59,013 nt of DNA from an uncultured Clostridia bacterium (GTDB lineage: Bacteria > Bacillota > Clostridia > Christensenellales > UBA1242), in assembly GCA_944381235.1 (NCBI GenBank), contig CALWKI010000025.1, forward strand, positions 1 to 59,013, read 5' to 3'. The translations under genes and the position numbers were made by a program. The notes below the pieces were generated by a model, which worked only from the letters and a program-made list of their open reading frames with translations, had not been told where the DNA came from and did no database searches. Of the stretch, positions 18,115-26,804 are shown in pieces (the stretch's first letter is position 1; every line of letters begins with the position of its first letter).

Positions 18115-20691
18115 ATGAAAAAATTTTTAGGATTACTATCTATTGCGCTTGTATTTATTTTACTTGTGGGCTGTTCAAACAATAATTCGGCTCAAGTTAA
18201 ACTCGCCAGTCAAAAACTATCAAATGGCATTGATAAAATGATTACTCAAGTAAACAAATTAGAAGAAGTCGACGAGGAAAAACTTAAACTCGACGACATT
18301 TTAGGCGACTATTATACCGAGTATCAAAATTCACAGAAAAATATTTTGCAAAATGACTACGTGTCTCAGGAAAATATGGTAGACTCAAGTAACAGTCAAA
18401 ATGATTTCCAAAATAAATATGTAAATATGGAAACAGGACGTACACCACTTATGTTTAACGTTCCATCTAAAACAAAAGCACACCAAGTCGCTCCTCACTC
18501 TTTAAAAATAAGTAGTAGCACTAATAATTCTACTTTCATTGCAAAATCAGAAGAAACAGATTATGTAAACCTCTATACTCTAAGTAATGAATGTAAAGAG
18601 TTGAATAGCAAATACTCATCATCAAAAAAGGAATTATTAGAAAATTGTAATACGGCAAAGACTTTACTTCAAAAACTAAGTACAAGCAATAAATCTCTAT
18701 CAGAAAGCGAACTTAAAACACTTAATAGTTATCTTGATGTTGTTAATCAAAACATTAACAATATTAAGTCTTGTAAAAGTTGCTCAAACAATGTAAATGA
18801 GATTAATACTCAAAAAGTCAATTTGTCTTCAAATTATGGTTCTCTCAATGCTAGATACTTGCAAGTTTATAACTCTTTAGACTCAAACAATACGACTTGC
18901 AATAACGCAAATCGTAGTATTAAAGAACTCATTAAATTTACCTCAAAATTGCTTGGTGAGACAGTTTCTGACACAACTAAGGTCGCAAACGAAAACAATA
19001 ATCAAAAAACAACAATTCAAAATAATAATAAAGCAAACAATAGTTCAAGTACAACAAGTAACTCTTCTAACACAATAAACAACTCTTCAAATTCTACAAA
19101 TAACTCTAATACGACAAACAAATCTTCTAACACTACAAATAACAATTCTTCGTCTAACCAACAAAACTATTCATCTACCCAAAACTCCTTTTTAAGAAAT
19201 AATAGGTATTACTCTAATTTTCACAGTAGAAGAAAAAGACCTATCAATAATTTTTCAAGTCAAAATATAAGTAACAATCAAAATGTAAATAGTAATTTAA
19301 CTAATGATAACCAAAAAAATATATCAACTAATAATCAAAATATAATACAAAATACAACAAATAATCTAAACAATCTAGATAAAACCAATCAAAATATAGA
19401 TAAAAACCCTATTTTCTACTCAGATAATACTCAGAATAGTTCAACTTTACAAAACACTTCTTCAAATTATCAAGAAGATGAAAATAGCATAGCAAATCGT
19501 GAGACCACACAGAATAATTATGAAACAAACGCGCCAAGAAAAGATCTAGGGCAAAACAATATTCACACAAATAATGCTCCAAAAATAAAAAAACCTATGA
19601 GAAGACCAAATGTGAATGATAGTTATAATTCTAGAACTCCTGTTCAAGACAAATCACTTAATTCATATGAAGATAGACACAATAGCAACATTGTAAGCAA
19701 TACAAGTAGCAACACAACATTTGATGAAATAAACATTATGGAAAACAAAAAAGACTTACTACAAAATGACACTATAAATCAAAGTAATGAGACTAAGCAA
19801 CAATCATTAGAAAATAATTCAAGCAAGCAAAATAAAGATTTAGAATTAAGAGATAACTTTGAAAATTTAAACAAAACACAAATTAATGGTAGTAATAACT
19901 ATGCAAATATAAGAAATAATGATGTAACAAACAATACAAACGCAAATAGTGATACAACTTATAATACTAATTCAAACAATAATTCTGTAATGCATAATAC
20001 TAATATGTATAACAACGATATAACACAAAATACCATTAGAAATAACGATATGGATAAATTTAACGAAAATATAGAAGATAAAACAAGTTTATCTAACGAA
20101 AAAATAGAAAATAACACTACAAATAATAACCAAAGTGAAACATTAAATAACAAAAACAATAACTTTATATCAAATAACAGTGAAAGTACTCAAAATAATA
20201 CAAGTTTTCAAGACGAAACTAATAACTTATCACAAAATACAAATAATGACGATAAGATAAACAGTACCCAAAATAATATTAACATTAATAAACCTAATAA
20301 TTTAGATGCTAAAACTAGCAACACACAAACTAATAACGAAAATGATACAAATAACTTAGATAGCATTAAAAATACAGACAATATGAATAGTCAAAATAAT
20401 AATGACACGAAAACAAATACAACAAATAATACTAAAAGCACAAGAGCAAATACGACAAATAATAGTTCAAGTTTAAATAATAGACGTGCAAAAAGACCAA
20501 ATAACAGTCATTTTTCACAAAACTATACTAGAAGACAAATGAGCAATAATAGACAAAGTAGTTCAAGTAACACTTCAAAACAAACACAAAGAAATGTTTA
20601 TTCAAGTAAGGCACAAAATAGAAACTATAGCAAAAATACAACTACAATGAACATTAAGCCAAAAGAAGTGAGAGCAAGCATTTCAGCATAA
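18115..20691 (+). CDS. Predicted lipoprotein with an extremely Asn/Ser/Thr/Gln-rich low-complexity body
   Basis: Signal peptide plus lipobox (LLVGC at the N-terminus) and RBS AGGGGGA. The first ~280 aa have ordinary helical composition. The remaining ~570 aa are dominated by N, S, T and Q. Terminator at 20697-20733. Confidence 0.75.
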   Translation: MKKFLGLLSIALVFILLVGCSNNNSAQVKLASQKLSNGIDKMITQVNKLEEVDEEKLKLDDILGDYYTEYQNSQKNILQNDYVSQENMVDSSNSQNDFQNKYVNMETGRTPLMFNVPSKTKAHQVAPHSLKISSSTNNSTFIAKSEETDYVNLYTLSNECKELNSKYSSSKKELLENCNTAKTLLQKLSTSNKSLSESELKTLNSYLDVVNQNINNIKSCKSCSNNVNEINTQKVNLSSNYGSLNARYLQVYNSLDSNNTTCNNANRSIKELIKFTSKLLGETVSDTTKVANENNNQKTTIQNNNKANNSSSTTSNSSNTINNSSNSTNNSNTTNKSSNTTNNNSSSNQQNYSSTQNSFLRNNRYYSNFHSRRKRPINNFSSQNISNNQNVNSNLTNDNQKNISTNNQNIIQNTTNNLNNLDKTNQNIDKNPIFYSDNTQNSSTLQNTSSNYQEDENSIANRETTQNNYETNAPRKDLGQNNIHTNNAPKIKKPMRRPNVNDSYNSRTPVQDKSLNSYEDRHNSNIVSNTSSNTTFDEINIMENKKDLLQNDTINQSNETKQQSLENNSSKQNKDLELRDNFENLNKTQINGSNNYANIRNNDVTNNTNANSDTTYNTNSNNNSVMHNTNMYNNDITQNTIRNNDMDKFNENIEDKTSLSNEKIENNTTNNNQSETLNNKNNNFISNNSESTQNNTSFQDETNNLSQNTNNDDKINSTQNNININKPNNLDAKTSNTQTNNENDTNNLDSIKNTDNMNSQNNNDTKTNTTNNTKSTRANTTNNSSSLNNRRAKRPNNSHFSQNYTRRQMSNNRQSSSSNTSKQTQRNVYSSKAQNRNYSKNTTTMNIKPKEVRASISA

Positions 20692-20696
20692 AATAA

Positions 20697-20733
20697 AACT
20701 CCTAGTCAAATAAATGATTAGGAGTTTATTTTT
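20697..20733 (+). terminator. Rho-independent terminator of the lipoprotein gene
   Basis: 8-bp stem AACTCCTA (20697-20704) / TAGGAGTT (20719-20726) followed by TATTTTT. Confidence 0.65.
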
Positions 20734-20785
20734 AGTCAAAAAGTTATTGCATAATTTTTTTTATTGTGTTAAAGTATAAAAGTAG

Positions 20786-20871
20786 GCCGAAGTGGCGGAA
20801 TGGTAGACGCACAAGACTCAAAATCTTGCGAGAGCAATCTCATGAGGGTTCGAGTCCCTCCTTCGGTACCA
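20786..20871 (+). tRNA. trnL: tRNA-Leu (anticodon CAA)
   Basis: GCCGAAGTGGCGGAATGGTAGACGC...anticodon loop CTCAAAA...long variable arm...GGTTCGAGTCCCTCCTTCGGTACCA. Class II tRNA of 86 nt with encoded CCA. Confidence 0.95.
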
Positions 20872-20881
20872 ATTCTTAGCA

Positions 20882-20907
20882 ATCTAGCGTTATGCTAGAT
20901 TTTTTTA
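20882..20907. terminator. Bidirectional terminator hairpin shared by tRNA-Leu and the convergent small ORF
   Basis: Stem ATCTAGC (20882-20888) / GCTAGAT (20894-20900), with a T-run on the plus strand (20901-20907). On the minus strand the hairpin follows an A/T-rich stretch directly after the sORF stop. Confidence 0.7.
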
Positions 20908-20910
20908 TTT

Positions 20911-21051
20911 TTATACCCAATTACTGCTACAAGGATTAGGCTTACAAGGAGAAATATTTGGAGTCACAGGCTTACAACAAGAAGAATGTGGACTACAAAA
21001 AAAGTGTGCTTTTAAATTAAAAATGTCAGAAAATCGTTGAATAAAAGGCAA
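20911..21051 (-). CDS. Unannotated small ORF, 46-aa Cys/Pro/Ser-rich peptide (MPFIQRFSDIFNLKAHFFCSPHSSCCKPVTPNISPCKPNPCSSNWV)
   Basis: Hand-translated and checked codon by codon. TTG start preceded by a strong SD (AAAAGGAGAGAGAAA, about 7-nt spacing). TAA stop at 20913-20911, directly followed by a terminator hairpin. An in-frame upstream ATG at 21084 (57 aa) lacks an SD. It is below the length cut-off of the supplied ORF track. Confidence 0.45.
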   Translation of the reverse strand: MPFIQRFSDIFNLKAHFFCSPHSSCCKPVTPNISPCKPNPCSSNWV

Positions 21052-21485
21052 TTTCTCTCTCCTTTTTAATAAAAATTTGCACATAACAAACCAATAAAAA
21101 ACTAAAGGCTTGTTATGTACAAATTCCCTTACTACATAATATTAAAAATAAAAAAGTAATGTTAATAGTAAAAAACAAAAAAATCTAGACATTCAATTCT
21201 AAAAAAAATCAGAATATAATCTTTAAACGCATTAAAAAAATAAGTCTAAAAAACTAAAATACATTTTTATTATATAGTCAAATTAATTTAGCCCTTTCCA
21301 CTAAATTCTAATTTTAAAAAATAATTGAATTTTAAAAAATATAGATAAAAAACGTGTTGATAGACATAAAACTAACAACAAAAGTAAAGAAAAAACTAAA
21401 ATATGCTAATAAAAATCAAAATATGAAAAAATTTTTATGACAAACAAAAATTGAAATCTAAAAAAATTTTAAAAATATAAAAAAA

Positions 21486-22223
21486 CTAAAACATCCCACC
21501 ATCAACAACGATTACCTGCCCATCTACATAATCGGCTTTGTTTGACACAAGAAAAGATACAACCTCAGCAACATCACGAGGGCTGCCTATTCTCTTTTTT
21601 AATATTCTTTCACTCTCCATTTCTTTTATATCTTCTGTTAAAAGTTCTTTATTCATATCGGTGTCTATCCAGCCCGGCGCCACAGCATTAACATTGACGA
21701 AAGGCGAAAATTCAACTGCTAAATTTTTAGTTAAAGAATTTAACGCACTTTTTGAGGCGTCATAATCTATCGTCGTTGGATAAAATCCATTTATTGAGTT
21801 ATTTGAAGAAATATTTACTATCTTGCCAAATTTACTTTCAAACATTCTTTTACCTATAATTTTTGACAAATAAAACACACCAAAAAGGTTTAACGAAAAA
21901 GTTTTTAAAAAGTCACTGACCGTACGGTCGGCAACTTCCTTATCAATACAAATCCCGGCATTATTGATAAGTATATCAATATTCTTAAACTTTGAATAAG
22001 CAAAATCGACTAATTGGTCGATTTCTTTTTCACTCGACACATCTGCCTTAAAAGAATACGCTTCAACCCCGTAATTTTGCTTAATAAATTCTACTAGTTC
22101 TTCGGCTTCTTTTTTTGAATTATTGTAATTTACTATTACATTACATCTTTCTTTGGCAAGTAACAAGGCAATTTCTTTGCCTATTCCCCTTGAGGCTCCT
22201 GTTATTAAAGCGTTTCTTGACAT
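21486..22223 (-). CDS. Short-chain dehydrogenase/reductase (FabG-like 3-oxoacyl reductase family)
   Basis: TGASRGIGKEIA cofactor motif, NNAG, and catalytic YDASKSAL (YxxxK). Length 245 aa. Confidence 0.85.
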   Translation of the reverse strand: MSRNALITGASRGIGKEIALLLAKERCNVIVNYNNSKKEAEELVEFIKQNYGVEAYSFKADVSSEKEIDQLVDFAYSKFKNIDILINNAGICIDKEVADRTVSDFLKTFSLNLFGVFYLSKIIGKRMFESKFGKIVNISSNNSINGFYPTTIDYDASKSALNSLTKNLAVEFSPFVNVNAVAPGWIDTDMNKELLTEDIKEMESERILKKRIGSPRDVAEVVSFLVSNKADYVDGQVIVVDGGMF

Positions 22224-22918
22224 TCAATTCTATCCTTTTTTTCTATAAATTTTTTTACTTTATTTAACACTTCTTGTGATATGTCATCTATGCTACGAAT
22301 TTTATTATCTTTAACACATGAAATTGTATCAAAATTATATTTATTTGCAAGTAATAAATATGTATCTTCGGCACTCTTTAAATGCTTTTCACTACTTTCG
22401 TGTTGGTCTGGCACCTCTTTTCTTTTATTTTTTAAAACAAAAGAATACTTATATGGCATATGAAGAAAGATTGTTTTATCGGGTCTTGGAAATTTTAATA
22501 AACCATATTCAAGCGTTTCAATCCAGTTAATCATATCTAGTTTTGCGTCTGTGTCCGCAATTTTTCCGCATTGATGTGCCATATTGCTTTCTACATATCT
22601 ATCAAGAACAACAACATAGTCATTGTTTAATTTGTCAAAAATCTTTTTAATATTATACTGCCTGTCTGCAGCAAAATAAAGAGAGGCAACTTTTGGATCA
22701 ACCTTATCAGCACCTTCGTCAAAATAGCCTTCTGATATTGCCTCTTTACCTAGATACGGTCCTCCAACAATTTTTCCAGTCGGTGTATTATACATAGGAA
22801 AACTATATAAAACAGATTTTATGCCTAAACTATTTAAATTATTGACTAATTTTTCTGCTTGAGTTTGTTTGCCTGAACAATCAGTACCTTCAATTAAAAT
22901 AATTTTCCCTTTACCCAT
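22205..22918 (-). CDS. Thymidylate kinase-family (dTMP kinase-like) protein
   Basis: P-loop IEGTDCSGKQTQ and the DRY motif (VLDRYVESN). At 237 aa it is somewhat longer than typical Tmk. It overlaps the downstream SDR gene by 19 nt. Confidence 0.7.
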   Translation of the reverse strand: MGKGKIILIEGTDCSGKQTQAEKLVNNLNSLGIKSVLYSFPMYNTPTGKIVGGPYLGKEAISEGYFDEGADKVDPKVASLYFAADRQYNIKKIFDKLNNDYVVVLDRYVESNMAHQCGKIADTDAKLDMINWIETLEYGLLKFPRPDKTIFLHMPYKYSFVLKNKRKEVPDQHESSEKHLKSAEDTYLLLANKYNFDTISCVKDNKIRSIDDISQEVLNKVKKFIEKKDRIECQETL

Positions 22919-23003
22919 ACATACCTCCTAGAAAAAGTAAAGAAAAGCAAAATAAAAATCATATAATTATATGAGTTAAGAAATCTTTTGTCAATTAAGA
23001 TAA

Positions 23004-23032
23004 TAAAAAAAGGGCCACTAAAAAAGTAGCCC
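23004..23032 (-). terminator. Rho-independent terminator of rpmB
   Basis: Minus strand: GGGCTACT / AGTGGCCC stem (one mismatch) followed by a T-run. Confidence 0.55.
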
Positions 23033-23052
23033 TTAAAACTGACACGAAAAGA

Positions 23053-23250
23053 CTATCCTCTTACAACATCTTTTCTTTTTAAGCACTTTGTACAGACATA
23101 TTTTTTTGTTGGAGTACCATTATCAACAATAGTCACTTTTTGAACATTTGCCTTCTTATGTGTTAGAGTTCTACGTGTTAATTGTGAACTTCTATAACTC
23201 AAATTACTGGCTCTCATTTGATCTTTACCGCATATCTCACACTTCGCCAT
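23053..23250 (-). CDS. rpmB: 50S ribosomal protein L28 (zinc-ribbon, Cys-containing form)
   Basis: 65 aa and basic. MAKCEICGK...NVQKV...CTKCLK matches the L28 layout with two CxxC pairs. RBS AAGGAG. Confidence 0.9.
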   Translation of the reverse strand: MAKCEICGKDQMRASNLSYRSSQLTRRTLTHKKANVQKVTIVDNGTPTKKYVCTKCLKRKDVVRG

Positions 23251-23281
23251 TTTCTTATCTCCTTAAAAATTTTACTACTAT

Positions 23282-23309
23282 ATTATACACGCTATTTTAG
23301 TTTTGTCAA
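23282..23309 (-). promoter_or_regulatory. Sigma-A type promoter for rpmB
   Basis: Minus strand: TTGACA (23309-23304), 16-nt spacer, TATAAT (23287-23282) with an extended -10 TG. Confidence 0.6.
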
Positions 23310-23329
23310 CAAAAAAAGTTATAAATCTA

Positions 23330-23358
23330 TTTACAAAAATTTATTTTTCTGCTACAAT
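23330..23358 (+). promoter_or_regulatory. Sigma-A type promoter for tRNA-Thr
   Basis: TTTACA (23330-23335), 17-nt spacer, TACAAT (23353-23358). The tRNA starts 13 nt downstream. Confidence 0.6.
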
Positions 23359-23370
23359 GCTAGAGTGAAT

Positions 23371-23446
23371 GCTACTGTGGCTCAGTTGGTAGAGCAATTG
23401 ATTCGTAATCAATAGGTCGGCGGTTCGAGTCCGCCCAGTAGCTCCA
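23371..23446 (+). tRNA. trnT: tRNA-Thr (anticodon CGT)
   Basis: GCTACTGTGGCTCAGTTGGTAGAGC...anticodon stem ATTGA/TCAAT with loop TTCGTAA...GGTTCGAGTCCGCCCAGTAGCTCCA. 76 nt with CCA. Confidence 0.95.
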
Positions 23447-23451
23447 AAATG

Positions 23452-23477
23452 GGCCAAAAAGTATTTTGGTCTTTTTT
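23452..23477 (+). terminator. Rho-independent terminator after tRNA-Thr
   Basis: GGCCAAAA / TTTTGGTC stem (one G-U pair) followed by TTTTTT. Confidence 0.6.
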
Positions 23478-23699
23478 ATTTGTAAAAACAGTGTTTTTTA
23501 AAACAAACCAACTTTATAAATTTAATTTATCTATTTAAAATTAAATTCTATTTTCTTGTAAACTCAGTTAGAACTTATTATCTGAACCTTATTAACTTTG
23601 TTTTAGCCTATATTAAAAGTAAAAAAATTCTTGTTATTAATTAGGTACAAGTTAAAACCATACCTTTATCTTAAAATAATGTCGAATTTTAAAAAAATT

Positions 23700-24788
23700 T
23701 CACTCTTCAATCTGCTTTGCTATTTTTAAAACTTCTGGCTCCTCTTGCATTGCTTTAAGACTTAATGAAACCTTATTATGTTCTTCGTCTATATCAATTA
23801 TCTTTAAGTCTAACTTTTGCCCTACTTTTGCAACCTCATAAATATTTTTTACATAGTAATGAGACGCTTCTTTAACATGAAGCAATCCCTCAATATCGTC
23901 GCCAAACTTAATTATTGCACCAAAAGGTAAAATTTTGACCACTTCTCCATGAACCACGTCGCCAACATGCAGTTTTTTTATTTTTGCCGTAAGTGGATTT
24001 TCCTGTAGAGCCTTATAACTAAGAGAAACCTTTTTATTCTCCCTATCACATTTTATAACTCTAAAGTCATAAGTTTTATCTAATTCCAAAACATCACTTG
24101 CTTTTTTATTTTTATCAAAACTAGCCTCACTATTGTGAAGTAAACAATCTACCCCACCTACCTCAACAAAAGCCCCAAAGTCAACAAACCTAACAACTTT
24201 ACCACTAACAATTTTATTCTCAAAGGTTGAAGAGAAAAAAGCAGTCTCGTTATCAAGTTTTTTATGCTCTTCGTACGCTTTAATAGAAGCGACAATCTCT
24301 CTTTTTATAAGGTCAATCTCAAGAACTGTTGCGGTGAACTTTTTATTAACATAATTTTGCAAGTTATTGTCTATTTTGGTGCTGGATATCTGGCTATAAG
24401 GCACAAAAACCTCAAATGAGCCAAGTTTAGAAACTAATCCAGACTTATGCGCTAGGGTAATTATTATCTCACAATTATCACCTGTTTTTAAGCCATTTGC
24501 TATTTCATTACCCTTTTTTATACTATCTGCTTTTTCTTTAGACAAGATAATTGCACCGCTTTCATCTTTTGTACTAGTAATAATTGCATCAAACTCATCA
24601 CCTACCTTTACACCTTCTAGTGCTTCTTTTTCTTCTTCTACAAAAGGTATAAGGCCGTCCTTCTTTCCACCAATATTAACTAATACACCCGATTTAAGCA
24701 CCCCTTCTACTTTTGCACTCACTTTTGCCCCTACTTTAAAACGGGTAAAGGTTTTATCAATGCTTTCTAAATCAAATTTCTCGTCCAT
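23700..24788 (-). CDS. S1 RNA-binding domain protein (ribosomal protein S1 homolog, four S1 repeats)
   Basis: 362 aa with four repeats of the S1 OB-fold pattern (G..V.G.V......G..V......G.). It follows plsC, as the cmk/plsC-rpsA blocks do in Firmicutes. Confidence 0.85.
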   Translation of the reverse strand: MDEKFDLESIDKTFTRFKVGAKVSAKVEGVLKSGVLVNIGGKKDGLIPFVEEEKEALEGVKVGDEFDAIITSTKDESGAIILSKEKADSIKKGNEIANGLKTGDNCEIIITLAHKSGLVSKLGSFEVFVPYSQISSTKIDNNLQNYVNKKFTATVLEIDLIKREIVASIKAYEEHKKLDNETAFFSSTFENKIVSGKVVRFVDFGAFVEVGGVDCLLHNSEASFDKNKKASDVLELDKTYDFRVIKCDRENKKVSLSYKALQENPLTAKIKKLHVGDVVHGEVVKILPFGAIIKFGDDIEGLLHVKEASHYYVKNIYEVAKVGQKLDLKIIDIDEEHNKVSLSLKAMQEEPEVLKIAKQIEE

Positions 24789-24857
24789 TGTTAAAATTTC
24801 TCCTAATGAGTAAATTATAACAAATTTATAAAAAAATTAAAACAAAATTTGCACACT

Positions 24858-25517
24858 TTATGCTTTTTGTCTTAATTTTTTACTTTTCTTTAACTGTTTT
24901 ACTATTTTTTGCTCTTCTAAGTATTTCTTGTAGTTTTCATAAAGAATAGACAACTTATGTTTTAAAATTTCATCGGCTTTCTCCAAAATTTCTTTATCAA
25001 GTTTTTCCTTATAAAATTCTGAAAACTCAAATGGTTCTCCAATTAAAATCACATTTCTCTTAAATGGCCTTTGCTTATTTACTATAAAACATGGTAAAAT
25101 TGGCGTCCTAGTTTTAATTGAAAAGAAACAAGCCCCACCTTTGATATCATCGCTTTCTTTAAACTCTTCCTTTCGCGTACCCTCAGGAAAGACTCCTAGA
25201 TTTTCATTATTTTTTAGAAGTGCGACTATTTCTTTAAGTTGAGAGATTGTAACCCCCTTTTCTCTATCAACTGGTATTGCACCCAAAACATTTTTAAGCA
25301 AATATGCGTTGCCTTTCTTTTTAAAAAGTTCTTTTTTGGCAATAAATCTATTCTTACGATGCAATGCAAAATCTAGAATTATTGGGTCAAAAGCGCTTTG
25401 ATGATTGCACACTACAACATAATTCTTCTTTTTATTGTAATTTTCTTTACCTATAATTTTAAAAGGTGCAATTATTTTTACAGGTAAATAAATTAGTCCA
25501 TATAAAAACCAAAACAT
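24858..25517 (-). CDS. plsC: 1-acyl-sn-glycerol-3-phosphate acyltransferase
   Basis: HX4D motif NHQSAFDP and FPEGTR motif. Length 219 aa. Confidence 0.85.
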   Translation of the reverse strand: MFWFLYGLIYLPVKIIAPFKIIGKENYNKKKNYVVVCNHQSAFDPIILDFALHRKNRFIAKKELFKKKGNAYLLKNVLGAIPVDREKGVTISQLKEIVALLKNNENLGVFPEGTRKEEFKESDDIKGGACFFSIKTRTPILPCFIVNKQRPFKRNVILIGEPFEFSEFYKEKLDKEILEKADEILKHKLSILYENYKKYLEEQKIVKQLKKSKKLRQKA

Positions 25518-25525
25518 AAATTCTC

Positions 25526-26746
25526 CTATTTTTGAGCAATATATTTTCCAGCTAAAAACCCGGTAGATAATGCAATTTGAATATTAAAACCGCCAGTTAA
25601 AGCATCAACATCAAGAAGTTCACCCACAATAAACAAATTTTTAACCTTTTTACTTTCCATTGTCTTTGGGTTTATCTCCTTAACATCTACTCCGCCACTT
25701 GTAATTATTGCCTCATTAAAATCGCCCAAACTTTTAATTTCATAACTAAAATTTTTAAGCAGTAAAACAATATCATACCTCATTTCTTTTGTCAAATCAC
25801 AAAGCCTTATATCCTGCCTAAAACTTAATTTTCCTAGAAACTCATTAATAAGTGATGTTGGCAAAAGTTCTTTTAAATAATTTTTTATACTCTTTAATTT
25901 AAATTTTTCAAAATCTCTAAGTAATCTATTATCAAGTTGTTTTATGTCAAGCCCCGGTTTTAAATCTATTACCAATTTCGCATTTTTAATGTCAAGTCTA
26001 TTTATAAAACTACTAATTGAAAGTACAACCGGCCCACTTACTCCAGAATGAGTAAATAGCATTTCACCAAATTTACTTATAATTTCCTTGTCTTTCTTTA
26101 CGCTAACTGATACGTTTTTTAAACTAAGACCTGAAAGGCTTTCATTATAATCCTTTAATTTAATTGAAACAAGCCCAGGTACAGGAGTTATAATACTATG
26201 CCCAAAATAACTCGCAAATTTGTACCCATCACCTGTTGAACCAGTTGATGGATAAGACTTTCCACCTGTTGCAAGGACAAGTATATCAAATTTAAACTCT
26301 GAGTTATTAGTTTTTAGAATAAAAACATCGTCTTCTTTTTTTATGTCGAAAATTTTAGTGTTTAACTTAATTGTAACATTTTCTTTTTTAAGTAGTTTTT
26401 CAAAAGTTTTGGTAATATCACTTGCCTTATCTGATATTGGGAAAACTCTATTTCCCCGTTCTACTTTGAGCATTGTGTTATTTGAGTTAAAAAAATCTAT
26501 AGTATCCTTTGGTGAAAAGGAATTAAGTGCCGAGTATAAAAACTTTTCATTTCGAACAACATTTTTTAAAAATTCACTTTCGTCTACATAATTCGTAACA
26601 TTACATCTACCTTTTCCAGTAATGTATAACTTTTTACCAAGTTTTTCGTTTGAGTCAAATAAGACAACTTGATATGTCTCATTTTGAGCGCAAACATACG
26701 CACACATAAGCCCCGAAGGCCCGCCACCAACAATTCCTATCTTCAT
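25526..26746 (-). CDS. NAD(P)/FAD-dependent oxidoreductase, HI0933/YhiN (BaiN-like) family
   Basis: N-terminal dinucleotide motif IVGGGPSGL, length 406 aa, and C-terminal GGFNIQ...G typical of this flavoprotein family. Confidence 0.8.
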   Translation of the reverse strand: MKIGIVGGGPSGLMCAYVCAQNETYQVVLFDSNEKLGKKLYITGKGRCNVTNYVDESEFLKNVVRNEKFLYSALNSFSPKDTIDFFNSNNTMLKVERGNRVFPISDKASDITKTFEKLLKKENVTIKLNTKIFDIKKEDDVFILKTNNSEFKFDILVLATGGKSYPSTGSTGDGYKFASYFGHSIITPVPGLVSIKLKDYNESLSGLSLKNVSVSVKKDKEIISKFGEMLFTHSGVSGPVVLSISSFINRLDIKNAKLVIDLKPGLDIKQLDNRLLRDFEKFKLKSIKNYLKELLPTSLINEFLGKLSFRQDIRLCDLTKEMRYDIVLLLKNFSYEIKSLGDFNEAIITSGGVDVKEINPKTMESKKVKNLFIVGELLDVDALTGGFNIQIALSTGFLAGKYIAQK

Positions 26747-26804
26747 AAATTTGATTATATCAAAAAAAAGTACAAAAGTAAATGTTTAATTGTTTAAAAT
26801 AAGG

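Noticed and set aside
20911-21051. The small Cys-rich ORF as a SCIFF/ranthipeptide precursor
   Set aside because: It has five Cys rather than six, the sequence does not resemble the SCIFF consensus as I remember it, and no radical-SAM maturase is adjacent. It is kept only as a generic Cys-rich sORF candidate.
21130-21485. A 350-bp gene-free AT-rich stretch as a possible ncRNA or degraded gene
   Set aside because: I could find no stable stems, conserved motifs, RBSs or ORF remnants. It is probably just promoter or spacer DNA for the small ORF.
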